Part shown: piece after piece, positions 16,929 through 26,728 of the stretch
Numbering within the stretch: position 1 is the first letter of the stretch
How the letters are laid out: the number at the start of each line of letters is the position of its first letter
Assembly: GCA_965367815.1 (NCBI GenBank)
Contig: CBDUKN010000003.1
Span: forward strand, 68,794-132,793
Direction of reading: 5' to 3'
From: an uncultured Thermoprotei archaeon
GTDB lineage: Archaea; Thermoproteota; Thermoprotei; Thermofilales; B15-G2
Length of the DNA: 64,000 nt
Notes under the pieces: model-generated
Told to the model about the DNA's origin: nothing
Database searches by the model: none
What the model saw: only the letters and a program-made list of their open reading frames with translations
Made by a program: the position numbers and the translations under genes

Positions 16929-17306
16929 ATGGGGGAAGACAACTTAGTAAAAATAAAAGACCTAAAACCATATGCTAGAAACGTAAATGTTCGAGTAAAG
17001 ATAGTGAGAGTAGGTGAAGAAAGAAAGGTTATATCAAGGTTTGATAGAGCTCAGCACAGGCTAGCAGAAGCATTAGTAGGCGATGAAACAGGCTCGATAA
17101 TATTAACTTTGTGGAATGAGGCAATAGACTTAGTTAGAGAAAAGGAAAATACAACAGTAGTGATTAAAAATGGTTTCGTATCGGTATTCAGGAACTTTAT
17201 GAGACTTAATTTAGGAAAAAAGGGCAGAATAGAAGACAGCGACACTGAAATAGAAGAAGTCAACATAAAAAATAATTTATCTGATAGATGCGTAAGAAGA
17301 TACTAG
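16929..17306 (+). CDS. ssb: Crenarchaeal-type single-OB-fold ssDNA-binding protein, paralog 2 (short tail)
   Basis: 125 aa, closely similar to ORF 16373..16783 along the whole OB fold (same EALVGDETG.I.LTLWN core). It has its own TATA-like upstream boxes. Confidence 0.65.
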   Translation: MGEDNLVKIKDLKPYARNVNVRVKIVRVGEERKVISRFDRAQHRLAEALVGDETGSIILTLWNEAIDLVREKENTTVVIKNGFVSVFRNFMRLNLGKKGRIEDSDTEIEEVNIKNNLSDRCVRRY

Positions 17307-17683
17307 CATTTAAATAGCTTTGAAAAAACTTCAATAAAATACTTTATTTTATTCACATCAGCTTCATATATTCTCATTCTGGCTCTAGAAGAAACTTTAA
17401 CTAATCCGCATTCCTTCAGTCTGGCTAAATGATGGGAAACTAGAGTGATGTCGAGTTTAGTCAAGTAAGATAATACGCAGACGCAGTGAGGCTTACGTAA
17501 AAGAAGAAGTAGCTTAAGTCTAATAGGATTAGCTAAGCACTTAAATACTGAAACAAGGTACTCTACGTCTTCATCTGAAACAACTTCAATTTTTTCACTT
17601 AATCGACCTTGTTCACTATAAAACTCGAATACTTCTTCGGGAGCATTCATTTTCTCGAGAACATCCTTTAGTTTCATAGCCAA
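17303..17683 (-). CDS. ArsR-family winged-helix transcriptional regulator
   Basis: 126 aa with LANPIRLKLLLLL...CVCVLS...LDITLVSHHLARLKECGLV, the canonical ArsR/SmtB HTH including the SHHL motif. Confidence 0.75.
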   Translation of the reverse strand: MAMKLKDVLEKMNAPEEVFEFYSEQGRLSEKIEVVSDEDVEYLVSVFKCLANPIRLKLLLLLRKPHCVCVLSYLTKLDITLVSHHLARLKECGLVKVSSRARMRIYEADVNKIKYFIEVFSKLFKC

Positions 17684-17768
17684 CTACCCATTACTATAGC
17701 AAGCTAATGAAAATAAGCGTTAGGCGGCGAGAGGTAGGTTTATATACTTCATTTGAAAAAAGTTTCAA

Positions 17769-18581
17769 ATGATCTCTATGGACCCCATACTCTACTGGAT
17801 TTACGTACTGCTAACAGCACTAATACCCGGGTTCCTTGCAACATGGCTCGGAGTCGGGGGATGTTTCCTCAGAATACCAATGATAATGTACTTCTTCGGA
17901 GTCTCAATAAAAGAAGCCTACTGCATAAACCAAGCAGTAATAGCTTTAACAACAATACCCGGCGTAATAGTCCACTACAAACACAAATATGTCTACAAGA
18001 AGGGTCTAGTAGTCGCAGCAGCGGCAGCCTGCCTAGGAGTAGCTCTAGGAGCATATGTAGTAGCAAAATACGTTCCACGACTAGTACTCCGCGTAATTTT
18101 CGGCACCGCGTGCACATTCATAGGAATATATGTTTTCTACAATACTTTAAAGAAGAAAGCTAAATTAAAGAAAGCTATAAGCGTAGAAGAAGTCGGGAGC
18201 CTCCTAGAACACGGAGCAAAGCTCTTTACACTAATGTTTCTAGCGGGCTTCGCTACAGGAATTTGCGGCTTCGGCGGAGGAATATACTACGTGCCAGCAT
18301 TCATGGGCCTAGGCTACCCAACACACATAGCTGTGGGCACATCGAGTGCAGAAATGATATTTACGGCAGGCCTAGGATCAAGCATACTAACATACTATGG
18401 ATTCATGAACATACCATTATTTCTCAGCATAGGAATACCTACACTAATAGCATCATACTTGGGAGCCAAAATGGCTAAAAAATCTCCACCATATGTACTT
18501 AGATTAGTTTACGCTATACTAATAAGCTTAGTAGGACTCTATGTTGCTGTAAATGCGCTTATAGCATTGAAAATAATGTAG
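17769..18581 (+). CDS. TauE/SafE (DUF81) family anion exporter membrane protein
   Basis: 270 aa, polytopic. It has the duplicated signature LGVGGCFLRIPMIMYFFG and GFGGGIYYVPAFM...AVGTSS. Confidence 0.75.
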   Translation: MISMDPILYWIYVLLTALIPGFLATWLGVGGCFLRIPMIMYFFGVSIKEAYCINQAVIALTTIPGVIVHYKHKYVYKKGLVVAAAAACLGVALGAYVVAKYVPRLVLRVIFGTACTFIGIYVFYNTLKKKAKLKKAISVEEVGSLLEHGAKLFTLMFLAGFATGICGFGGGIYYVPAFMGLGYPTHIAVGTSSAEMIFTAGLGSSILTYYGFMNIPLFLSIGIPTLIASYLGAKMAKKSPPYVLRLVYAILISLVGLYVAVNALIALKIM

Positions 18582-18686
18582 AGCATATAGGTGTCCCGTT
18601 TTCAATAAATTTTATAGCATTTTTAATACATTATTTAGTCCTAAACTCTTCAAGTAGTTATATATCTGCTTAAGTAATGTTTAGCT

Positions 18687-19766
18687 GTGTATAGTGATCC
18701 TAAGTTTATTAGAGAGAACTATTTGAGGACTATTGAGTTTAGAGAGCCTTGGTTTATTCCCTGTGGCGTTTACGCTCTTCAAGCTACTTGGGCTAAGTAC
18801 CGCGAGAAACTCGAGGAGATATTTCTGCGTCATCCTAAGCTTTTTCCGTGGTTCAAGAAAGGGTCTGTTAAGTTCAATGACTTCGGTATTAGGAGGAAAG
18901 GCAATATTTATGTAGATGAGTGGGGCTGTGTCTGGAAGTTTTCTGCTGACGGTATGCAGGGCCAGGTTGTCGAGCACCCTCTGAGAGACTGGAGTAAGCT
19001 GAAGGAACTTAAAGTTCCTGACCCGGATAAAGGCTTGCCTGTAGAAGGAGAACCTTTTGTTCCATGGGATAAGGTTGAAGAGGGCGTTAGGAGGACTAAG
19101 GAGAGAGGAGCACTTGCTGTAGTAGGTGTAGGTCACGGCTTCTTTTTCCAGCGGCTCTACTACTTGAGGGGCTTCGCTAACCTCATGGTGGATTTCATTA
19201 AGGAGCCTCCTGAGCTGCAGGAACTCATAGATATCTTGACGGAATATAACCTGGAGATAGTTAAGCGTATTGTTAAAATGGGTGTAGATGTAGTTACCTT
19301 CGGAGACGACTTAGGGCTACAGAACCGTATGCCTATAAGCCCTAAGACCTTCAGAAAGTACATTTTCCCTGCATACAAGAAGATTTTCGGCTACGTTAGA
19401 TCTCATGGAGCACACGTATACCTCCACACAGATGGCCACGTTATGGAAGTTGTAGACCAGTTAATAGAGGCAGGAGTCTCAGTGTTGAACATACAGGATA
19501 GAGTAAACGGTATTAAGAATATTAAAAAGAAGTGTAAAGGTAGAGTATGCATAGACCTAGATATCGATAGACAGCATCTTCTTCCCTTCGCAACACCGGA
19601 GGAAATTAAGCAGCACATCGAGTACGCTGTAAGAGAACTTGGCTCAAGGAAAGGAGGACTAATGTTCAAAGCAGAAATAGGGCCGGATGTACCACTAAAA
19701 AACGCTGAAGCAGTCTGCAAAACGCTAGAGGAAATAATGGAGAAGGTTCGGGAACTGCCCTACTAA
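18687..19766 (+). CDS. Uroporphyrinogen decarboxylase (URO-D) family protein
   Basis: 359 aa with a GTG start. VVTFGDDLGLQNRMPISPKTFRKYIFPAYKKIF...VYLHTDGHV...LNIQD matches the URO-D/MtaA-like TIM-barrel pattern. Confidence 0.65.
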   Translation: MYSDPKFIRENYLRTIEFREPWFIPCGVYALQATWAKYREKLEEIFLRHPKLFPWFKKGSVKFNDFGIRRKGNIYVDEWGCVWKFSADGMQGQVVEHPLRDWSKLKELKVPDPDKGLPVEGEPFVPWDKVEEGVRRTKERGALAVVGVGHGFFFQRLYYLRGFANLMVDFIKEPPELQELIDILTEYNLEIVKRIVKMGVDVVTFGDDLGLQNRMPISPKTFRKYIFPAYKKIFGYVRSHGAHVYLHTDGHVMEVVDQLIEAGVSVLNIQDRVNGIKNIKKKCKGRVCIDLDIDRQHLLPFATPEEIKQHIEYAVRELGSRKGGLMFKAEIGPDVPLKNAEAVCKTLEEIMEKVRELPY

Positions 19767-19817
19767 ACAATTTAGCAAAACTTTATTTACCGACAAATAT
19801 ATTACTTTCCTTAGAAT

Positions 19818-20022
19818 ATGCACACAGTAAAACTTGAAGAATTATTAAAGGAAATTAGGGAAGTGAACGAGAGACTTAAAAGAATAGAAATGATGCTGGA
19901 AGAGCGATTGATAGGATTAGATGAGCCTTTGCCCGATGAATTAGAAGAAATAAAAAATACGGAAATGAGAAAAATCAGGAAAACTTGAGCTTATATCATT
20001 AGAAGAAGTAGTCAAGAAGTGA
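19818..20022 (+). pseudogene. RelB/antitoxin-like gene with a frameshift
   Basis: ATG 19818 gives MHTVKLEELLKEIREVNERLKRIEMMLEERLIGLDEPLPDELEEIKNTEMRKIRKT*. The expected C-terminus, GKLELISLEEVVKK* ending at 20022, is in another frame. The shift lies within an A-rich stretch. The end overlaps the toxin GTG (GTGA). Confidence 0.45.
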
Positions 20023-20307
20023 GAAAATTGCATAGATATAGTATATTTTTAACAAAGCGTGCGCTTAGACAGCTAAATAAACTAGATAGTAAAATTAAGA
20101 ATAGAATTTTGCAAACATTAAAAATATTGAAGAATTATGTTTTTTTCTCAACTAGATATAAAGAAGCTTAAAGGATTTAAAAAATACCATAGAATAAGAA
20201 TAGGCGACTATCCTATTTTATTTGAATTACAAAAACCTAGTACTATTATACTTTATGCTATTTTACACAGAAAATGGTCTATAAGCATTAATGTAGTATT
20301 GTCTTAA
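20019..20307 (+). pseudogene. RelE/ParE-superfamily toxin gene with a frameshift
   Basis: GTG 20019 gives VRKLHRYSIFLTKRALRQLNKLDSKIKNRILQTLKILKNYVFFSTRYKEA*. After a frame change at the T7 run (20140-20146) it reads LDIKKLKGFKKYHRIRIGDYPILFELQKPSTIILYAILHRKW..., the RelE signature (kkLkG..yRiRvGdYRi...hRk). Confidence 0.5.
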
Positions 20308-20360
20308 AATTATTTAATTAAAATGAGTAAATTTTAAAAAGACTTTTAATTTATTTTCTT

Positions 20361-21899
20361 TTACCTTTCTATTATTGGTAGTCTCTCATGAAGTTTTGGC
20401 ACATGTATTAATTCTATTAGCATTTCTTTTCCAGGTACTCCTAGTCCTATTGGCGGGTTTTCTTCAAGGAACTTTTCTGCTGCCTGTAGTTTTGTCGAGT
20501 ACTCTGAGTATACTGTAAGGAGAGGGTCTCCTTTCCTTACAGTATCTCCTAGTTTAGCATGTAACAGTATTCCTGCTCCCTTATCTTTTGGCGCTCCAGC
20601 AAGCCTAGCTGTATTTGCGATAAGCTTATTGTTTATCCAAACTACTATTCCGTCTCGCTCCGCGTAAAGCTTATACGTGTATTCTCCTACTTCGATGTCA
20701 TCTGGTGTTACATTAGGATCTCCTCCCTGCGCCTCAATTATTTCTCTTAACTTTGAGAGAGCTTTTCCTTTACGGACTGCTTCGAGTGCTACTTGTTTGC
20801 CGTTCTCTACTCCTACTGTTTCGAGAAGAGCTCCAGCTATGCTTGTGGCTTTGTCTAAGAGGTCTACTGGTCCTCTACCCATTAGCGTTAATAGAGCTTC
20901 TCTTGCTTCAAGCGCTGGACCAGCCGCGTAGCCTATTGGCTGTTCTCCGAAAGTAATAGCGCAGGCTACTTTCATTCCGAGCTTAGAGCCTACTTCCATC
21001 ATTTCCTTAGCTAAGTCATGTGCTTCGCCTATCGTCTTCACTTTAGCTCCTCTTCCTGTCGGAATATCTATGATAACGTGTGTAGAGCCCACTGCTTTCT
21101 TCTTAGCCATAATTGAGGGTATTAAGAAGGGGTCTATTGAGAGAGGATACTCCACTCTAATGATTTTGTCGTCTGCTGGAGCCATGCTGAGCGCTCCTCC
21201 CCAAACAAGGCAGCCATTAGTCTTCAGCACTACTTCTTTCATTTCCTCAAGCGTGAGCGTAACAGGCATTAGTACCTCTGCTCTATCAGCGGTACCAGCT
21301 GGGCTAGTTATAGCTCTTGAACTAGTCTTAGGTATAGTGTAGCCTAAAGAAGCAATAATCGGAACCGCTATTAAAGAAGTCTTATCTCCCGGTACGCCAC
21401 CTATGCTATGTTTATCTAAAATGGGTTTTCTGTTTAATTCTAGTCTTTCTCCAGTCTCGACCATTGCCAGCGAGAAGTAATATGCTTCATCGATACTTAG
21501 TTTCCTCAAGTAAGCTGCTGTCACTAGCGCAGTGAGCTCAACTTCACTTATTTTGTCTTCAACAATATCTTTCACTATAGCTTTTATTTCTCTGTAGCCG
21601 AGCTTAGCTCCACGCAGATAGTCTCTAATATAGCGAATAGACTCGGGAGCCAGCGCAGGCTTGACTTCAACTATATCTTCTTCCTCAACACCAATAGTTT
21701 TCACCACTTCGTCGCTCACTAAAACAAGATCTCTAGGAATCTGCAAAGCAACACTCACTAAAGCTACCACTTCTTTACCTCTGTAGCTGAGAAGAACTCT
21801 CTCGTGAGGCCTGACTCCAAGGCTAGAAGCGGTTTCATCGTCGATAACTACTGTAGGCTTACCGCTCGAAAAATTAAGTCTCTTCACTTTCAGTTTCAC
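20361..21899 (-). CDS. deoA: AMP phosphorylase (thymidine phosphorylase family, archaeal DeoA type)
   Basis: Strong by-eye match to Thermococcus kodakarensis AMP phosphorylase: HSIGGVPGDKTS, PKTSSRAITSPAGTAD, LVWGGAL..APADD, IIDIPTGRGAKV, EAQGGDP, AGAPKDKGAGI. The GTG at 21899 is preceded by GAGGTGGTGGG (Shine-Dalgarno-like), so I prefer it over the longest-ORF start at 21935. Confidence 0.85.
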   Translation of the reverse strand: MKLKVKRLNFSSGKPTVVIDDETASSLGVRPHERVLLSYRGKEVVALVSVALQIPRDLVLVSDEVVKTIGVEEEDIVEVKPALAPESIRYIRDYLRGAKLGYREIKAIVKDIVEDKISEVELTALVTAAYLRKLSIDEAYYFSLAMVETGERLELNRKPILDKHSIGGVPGDKTSLIAVPIIASLGYTIPKTSSRAITSPAGTADRAEVLMPVTLTLEEMKEVVLKTNGCLVWGGALSMAPADDKIIRVEYPLSIDPFLIPSIMAKKKAVGSTHVIIDIPTGRGAKVKTIGEAHDLAKEMMEVGSKLGMKVACAITFGEQPIGYAAGPALEAREALLTLMGRGPVDLLDKATSIAGALLETVGVENGKQVALEAVRKGKALSKLREIIEAQGGDPNVTPDDIEVGEYTYKLYAERDGIVVWINNKLIANTARLAGAPKDKGAGILLHAKLGDTVRKGDPLLTVYSEYSTKLQAAEKFLEENPPIGLGVPGKEMLIELIHVPKLHERLPIIER

Positions 21900-22459
21900 T
21901 CCCACCACCTCGACAGTAACATATATATGGTACAAGAAGAAAAATAAACTATTCTATAGAATAGACTCGTTAACGCGGCTCTAGTAAAATTTAACGTTAA
22001 TCTAGCAGTCTATATGAGTGGAACAATTGCTTCTGTTCTCATAGGCTTAGTCTACTACTCACCTACAGTATACTTTATTTCGAGAAAGAGGCTGAGACGC
22101 TTCGGTAAAAGAAATGTTATGAAAATAGACTTAACCACATTAAGCATACTGGCAGAATGTATTGTAGCTCAGCTGGTAGGCTTATCAGTTATGGCTACTT
22201 CAGCCTGTGTTCCCATGGTAAATAGCTTTAACTGCGTGCCCAGCTACAATAGTAATCGATAGCATAGTAAAAAGTCGACAAAATATTAAATGAATTTCTT
22301 TAAGAAATATTTTTACACCAAGGCATAAAATGTTCTGTTAACAGTAAGTATTATGTCGAGCTGGCTCATGTAAAAATTAATTTAAGTAATTACATGAAAA
22401 TTCTCCAGATTTTAAGCGAAAATTTTATATATTTTCTAATCGTTGTTGAGGAAGGCTTC

Positions 22460-23596
22460 GTGGGGTTACATGCAGTACTAGTGCTCGAAGATGGCTCGGT
22501 TTTCAGAGGCAAGGGTTTCGGGGCTGTCGGCGAGGCTATAGGTGAAGTGGTCTTTACTACCGGAATGGTTGGATACTGTGAGTCGTTAACAGATCCCTCT
22601 TATAGAGGGCAGATTCTGTGTTTTACTTACCCGCTTATAGGGAATTATGGTGTTCCCAGCTATTCTCATGTAGATTATTACAAGCTTCCATTATTCTTTG
22701 AGTCACATCAAATACACGTTACTGGAGTAATAGTCCACGAGGCCTGTAAGACTCCTAGTCACTGGGCTTCAGTTAAGAGTTTTCCTGAGTGGCTTGAAGA
22801 AGAAGGTATTCCAGGTATAGAGGGAATTGATACGCGGATGCTTGTTCAGAAGCTGAGAGAGCATGGAGTAATGATGGGTATATTGAGTGTCTCAGAGGAG
22901 GAAGTCAATGAAGCGGAGCTTTACAGAAAGCTCTGTAAAGCCGAGAAATATAGTGCTAGGCGCTTTGTGGAAGAAGTTTCGCCTAAGGAGCCCGTTTTCC
23001 ACGAAATCGAGGATTCTAGAGGCACGGTCGTGGTTTTAGACTGCGGCGTGAAACTAAGTATTGTCAGATGTCTTTTGAAGAGGAAGTTTTCTGTAGTTAG
23101 AGTTCCTTACTACTATCAGCTACATGATATAATGGAGTTTAAGCCGTGTGGAATAGTTGTAAGCAATGGGCCAGGCAACCCTGTTCTCTACGAGGAAACA
23201 GTAAGTACTATAAGAGACATTATTGATGAAAAATTGCCTATACTAGGTATCTGCTTGGGAAATCAGCTTATCGCACTAGCTCTCGGAGCATCTACTTTTA
23301 AGCTGAAGTACGGCCACAGGGGCTTAAATAAGCCGTGTGTTGACTTGACTACAGGAAAAAGCTACGTTACTAGCCAAAACCACGGCTATGCTGTTGACGC
23401 TAAGAGCCTGAAGGGAACTGGTCTTAAAGTATGGTTCATTAACGCAGACGACAAGACTATCGAAGGACTGCGCCACGAAAAGCTCCCCGTTATCTCTGTC
23501 CAGTTCCACCCGGAGGCCTCTCCCGGCCCCTTAGATACTGCCTGGGTTTTCGACTTATTCGCTGAAATGGTGGTTAAGTATGGAGTTTCCAAGTAA
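22460..23596 (+). CDS. carA: Carbamoyl-phosphate synthase small (glutaminase) subunit
   Basis: Contains LVLEDGSVFRGKGFGA, TDPSYRGQIL.FTYPLIGNYG, the GATase motif LGICLGNQL, and the HGYAV...QFHPE triad region. GTG 22460 matches the conserved N-terminus; the longest ORF starts at 22394. Confidence 0.9.
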   Translation: MGLHAVLVLEDGSVFRGKGFGAVGEAIGEVVFTTGMVGYCESLTDPSYRGQILCFTYPLIGNYGVPSYSHVDYYKLPLFFESHQIHVTGVIVHEACKTPSHWASVKSFPEWLEEEGIPGIEGIDTRMLVQKLREHGVMMGILSVSEEEVNEAELYRKLCKAEKYSARRFVEEVSPKEPVFHEIEDSRGTVVVLDCGVKLSIVRCLLKRKFSVVRVPYYYQLHDIMEFKPCGIVVSNGPGNPVLYEETVSTIRDIIDEKLPILGICLGNQLIALALGASTFKLKYGHRGLNKPCVDLTTGKSYVTSQNHGYAVDAKSLKGTGLKVWFINADDKTIEGLRHEKLPVISVQFHPEASPGPLDTAWVFDLFAEMVVKYGVSK

Positions 23597-26500
23597 AGTA
23601 CTCTTACTGGGGTCTGGCGCCATTAAAATAGCTGAAGCAGCGGAATTCGACTACAGCGGCTCACAGGCAATTAAGGCCCTTAAAGAAGAGGGAATCAAAG
23701 TAGTCTTAGTGAACCCTAATATAGCTACTATTCAGACAGATCCTAGGCTAGCTGATAAAGTGTACTTGCTTCCAGTAAGATCTTTCTTCGTAGAAAAAGT
23801 GATAGAAAAGGAGAGGCCCGATGGAATACTTTTGGGCTTCGGGGGACAAGCGGCACTAAACTGCGGCGTAGAGCTGTATAAGCGTGGTGTTTTAGCGAAA
23901 TACGATGTCAAGGTTCTAGGAACACCTATTGAGGCAATAGAGAGAGCTTCGAATAGAGAGCTTTTCCGCAAAACAATGATCGAGGCCGGGCTTCCTGTCC
24001 CTCCATCTAGAGCGGTTTCTTCCCTTGAGGAAGCCTTGGAAGCTGCTGAAGAGCTAGGCTATCCTCTAATAATGAGAGTAGCGTACAACTTGGGTGGAAG
24101 AGGCTCCTCTATACTCTTCTCAGAGAAAGATCTCAGAGAACGTGTCCCGAAGGGTCTTGCACAAAGTATGATTAGACAAGTGTTGCTAGAGAAGTACCTG
24201 GGTAAGTGGAAGGAAATAGAGTACGAGGTAGTTAGAGACTGTAAAGGCAATGTCGTAGTCCCGGTGTGCTTAGAGAACGTAGACCCTATGGGTGTTCACA
24301 CAGGAGACTCTATTGTAGTAGGACCTTCGCAGACAATCAGCAATAGAGAGTACTACGCTATGAGAGAGGCCTCAATCAAAGCGGCGGGGGCAGTAGGTAT
24401 CATAGGTGAGTGCAATATACAGTTTGCCTTGAGCCCGATTAGCGAAGACTTCTATGTTATTGAAATGAACCCGCGTATGAGCAGGTCTTCAGCGCTAGCC
24501 AGTAAGGCTTCAGGATATCCCTTAGCCTATATCGCAGCAAAGCTTGCACTAGGATACACTCTCCCGGAGCTTATCAACACTGTTACTGGAGCGACTACAG
24601 CGGCTTTCGAGCCTTCACTAGACTACGTAGTAGTGAAAATACCTAGATGGGATTTCAGTAAATTTAGCAAAGTTGACAGAAGGCTATGTACGCAGATGAA
24701 GAGCGTCGGCGAGGTAATGGCTATAGGGAGGTGTTTCGAGGAAGCACTGCAGAAAGCAATAAGAATGCTAGATATAGGTAAAATAGGGCTAGTCTGCAAC
24801 GATGAGGACAAGTACACGGACCCACGGGAGCTTTTAGAAAGGCTTAAGGAGAGAGACGATGAGTGGATTTTTCTTGCAGCTAGAGCACTTGAGCTAGGGG
24901 TGCCAGTCGACGTTATAAGTGAAGTAACTGGAGTAGATAGGTGGTTTATCTATAAGATAAAGAATATTGTTGAAATGAAGAAAAAGCTTCTGAAAGCAAG
25001 AGGGCTTAGTGAAAGAGAACTAAGAGAGCTTATTAGAGAAGCTAAGAGACTGGGTTTCAGCGACAAACAGATAGCTAAGTGCCTTGGCTGCAGTGAAAGC
25101 GAGGTCAGAAAGTTTAGGAAAAGACTCGGTGTAGTGCCTGTAGTGAAGAAAATAGATACATTGGCTGCTGAGTGGCCTGCTAAAGCAAATTACCTTTACG
25201 TAACCTATGGAGGCTGCGTAGACGACGTCGACTTCGGCGAAAGAAGCAAGGTCATAGTGCTGGGCTCGAGCACTTTCCGCATAGGAGTATCAGTTGAATT
25301 CGACTGGGCTACAGTAAATGCGGTATGGGCTTTAAGGAAGCATGGAGTAAAAGAAGTAATAGTAGTTAACTGCAATCCCGAGACTGTTTCAACAGACTGG
25401 GATATAGCGGATAAACTCTACTTCGAGGAAGTAACTCTCGAGAGAGTTCTAGATATATATGAGAAGGAAAAGCCTCACGGAGTTGTAGTCTCAATGGGAG
25501 GGCAGACACCAAACAATATAGCATTGAAGCTATACAAAAACGGAGTCTCTGTTTTAGGAACAAGCCCCGTAAATATTGATGAAGCAGAAGACAGATCAAA
25601 GTTCAGTAAAATTCTAGCAGAACTCAAAATAAAGCAGCCTCCTTGGATCGAAGCCAGCGACCTCGAACAGGTACTAGAGTTCGCGAGAAAAGTAGGCTAT
25701 CCTGTCGTAGTTCGTCCCTCCTATGTGATAGGAGGAGCCGCTATGAAAACATGCTACAGTGAAAAAGAGTTAATTAAGTACTTGAACGAAGCCGCTAAAA
25801 TATCTCCTGAGCACCCGGTTGTAGTATCTAAGTTCATTGAAGGCGCAGCTGAAGTAGAAGTAGACGCCGTTTCTGACGGAGAAAAAGTCCTAGTTGGAGC
25901 TGTTATAGAGCACATCGAGCCCGCTGGAGTACATTCTGGAGACGCGACAATGGTTATTCCTCCAGTTACTTTAAGCAGGGAGGCTTACACGAAAATACTG
26001 GACTATACTCTGAAAATATGCCGTAGGCTTAAAGTCCGAGGACCGATAAATATACAGTTTCTAGTAAAGAACGGTGAAGTATATGTCATTGAAGCAAATG
26101 TTAGAGCCTCGCGCTCAATGCCTTTTGTAAGCAAATCTGTTTCAGTAAACTTGGCTGAAGAAGCAGTTAAAGTAATGCTAGGGAATAAGCTGGAAATAGA
26201 GGGAGACATAGCTGTAGCTAAGCCTAAGTACTATGCAGTCAAGTACCCCCAGTTTTCTTGGATGCAGCTCACTGGAGCAGACCCACAGCTAGACGTAAAC
26301 ATGAGGTCCACCGGAGAAGTAGCAGCACGTGGCCGTAGCCTGTACGAAGCATTTATTAAAGCTTGGCTGGCTTCAGAGCCAAGTAAGTATCCTGTCAAAA
26401 AAGTACTAATATACTCGGAAGACACAGCTACCAAAGAATTAGCTAAAATAGTGCCACCTAAAATCAAAGTGTACTTAGTGGACAGAAATGAAGGAGCATT

Positions 26501-26678
26501 CAGCAAAGCCTTAGTTCTCTTAAAGAGGCGTGAAGTAGACGTAGCAATAATACTCGGCAATGGAGATAAAGCATACTTGCTTAAAAGAGCTGCAGCAGAC
26601 TATAATGTCCCTCTTATTCTGCACAGAGATACTGCAAAAATGCTGTTAATATCATTAAAGCTCTGCAAACTACACTAG
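23580..26678 (+). CDS. carB: Carbamoyl-phosphate synthase large subunit
   Basis: 1032 aa with duplicated ATP-grasp halves (VLLLGSGAIKIAEAAEFDYSG..., IEMNPRMSRSSALASKA; VIVLGSSTFRIGVSVEFDW..., IEANVRASRSMPFVSK) and a C-terminal MGS-like domain. It overlaps the carA end by 17 nt. Confidence 0.95.
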   Translation: MEFPSKVLLLGSGAIKIAEAAEFDYSGSQAIKALKEEGIKVVLVNPNIATIQTDPRLADKVYLLPVRSFFVEKVIEKERPDGILLGFGGQAALNCGVELYKRGVLAKYDVKVLGTPIEAIERASNRELFRKTMIEAGLPVPPSRAVSSLEEALEAAEELGYPLIMRVAYNLGGRGSSILFSEKDLRERVPKGLAQSMIRQVLLEKYLGKWKEIEYEVVRDCKGNVVVPVCLENVDPMGVHTGDSIVVGPSQTISNREYYAMREASIKAAGAVGIIGECNIQFALSPISEDFYVIEMNPRMSRSSALASKASGYPLAYIAAKLALGYTLPELINTVTGATTAAFEPSLDYVVVKIPRWDFSKFSKVDRRLCTQMKSVGEVMAIGRCFEEALQKAIRMLDIGKIGLVCNDEDKYTDPRELLERLKERDDEWIFLAARALELGVPVDVISEVTGVDRWFIYKIKNIVEMKKKLLKARGLSERELRELIREAKRLGFSDKQIAKCLGCSESEVRKFRKRLGVVPVVKKIDTLAAEWPAKANYLYVTYGGCVDDVDFGERSKVIVLGSSTFRIGVSVEFDWATVNAVWALRKHGVKEVIVVNCNPETVSTDWDIADKLYFEEVTLERVLDIYEKEKPHGVVVSMGGQTPNNIALKLYKNGVSVLGTSPVNIDEAEDRSKFSKILAELKIKQPPWIEASDLEQVLEFARKVGYPVVVRPSYVIGGAAMKTCYSEKELIKYLNEAAKISPEHPVVVSKFIEGAAEVEVDAVSDGEKVLVGAVIEHIEPAGVHSGDATMVIPPVTLSREAYTKILDYTLKICRRLKVRGPINIQFLVKNGEVYVIEANVRASRSMPFVSKSVSVNLAEEAVKVMLGNKLEIEGDIAVAKPKYYAVKYPQFSWMQLTGADPQLDVNMRSTGEVAARGRSLYEAFIKAWLASEPSKYPVKKVLIYSEDTATKELAKIVPPKIKVYLVDRNEGAFSKALVLLKRREVDVAIILGNGDKAYLLKRAAADYNVPLILHRDTAKMLLISLKLCKLH

Positions 26679-26728
26679 CTCAAGCAGCGTTCTACGCTGA
26701 CTTCCATGAACATAAATACTCTATACAG

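Noticed and set aside
17753-18478. ORFs 17753..18163 (+), 17869..18117 (-) and 18263..18478 (+) overlapping the TauE/SafE gene.
   Set aside because: These are alternative-frame or antisense ORFs with Arg/Ser/Leu-rich low-complexity sequence. The TauE frame carries the duplicated family signature.
22014-22262. 82-aa ORF upstream of carA.
   Set aside because: It lies in the AT-rich promoter region between divergent genes, with no motif and no SD or TATA context that I could tie to it. It is probably spurious.
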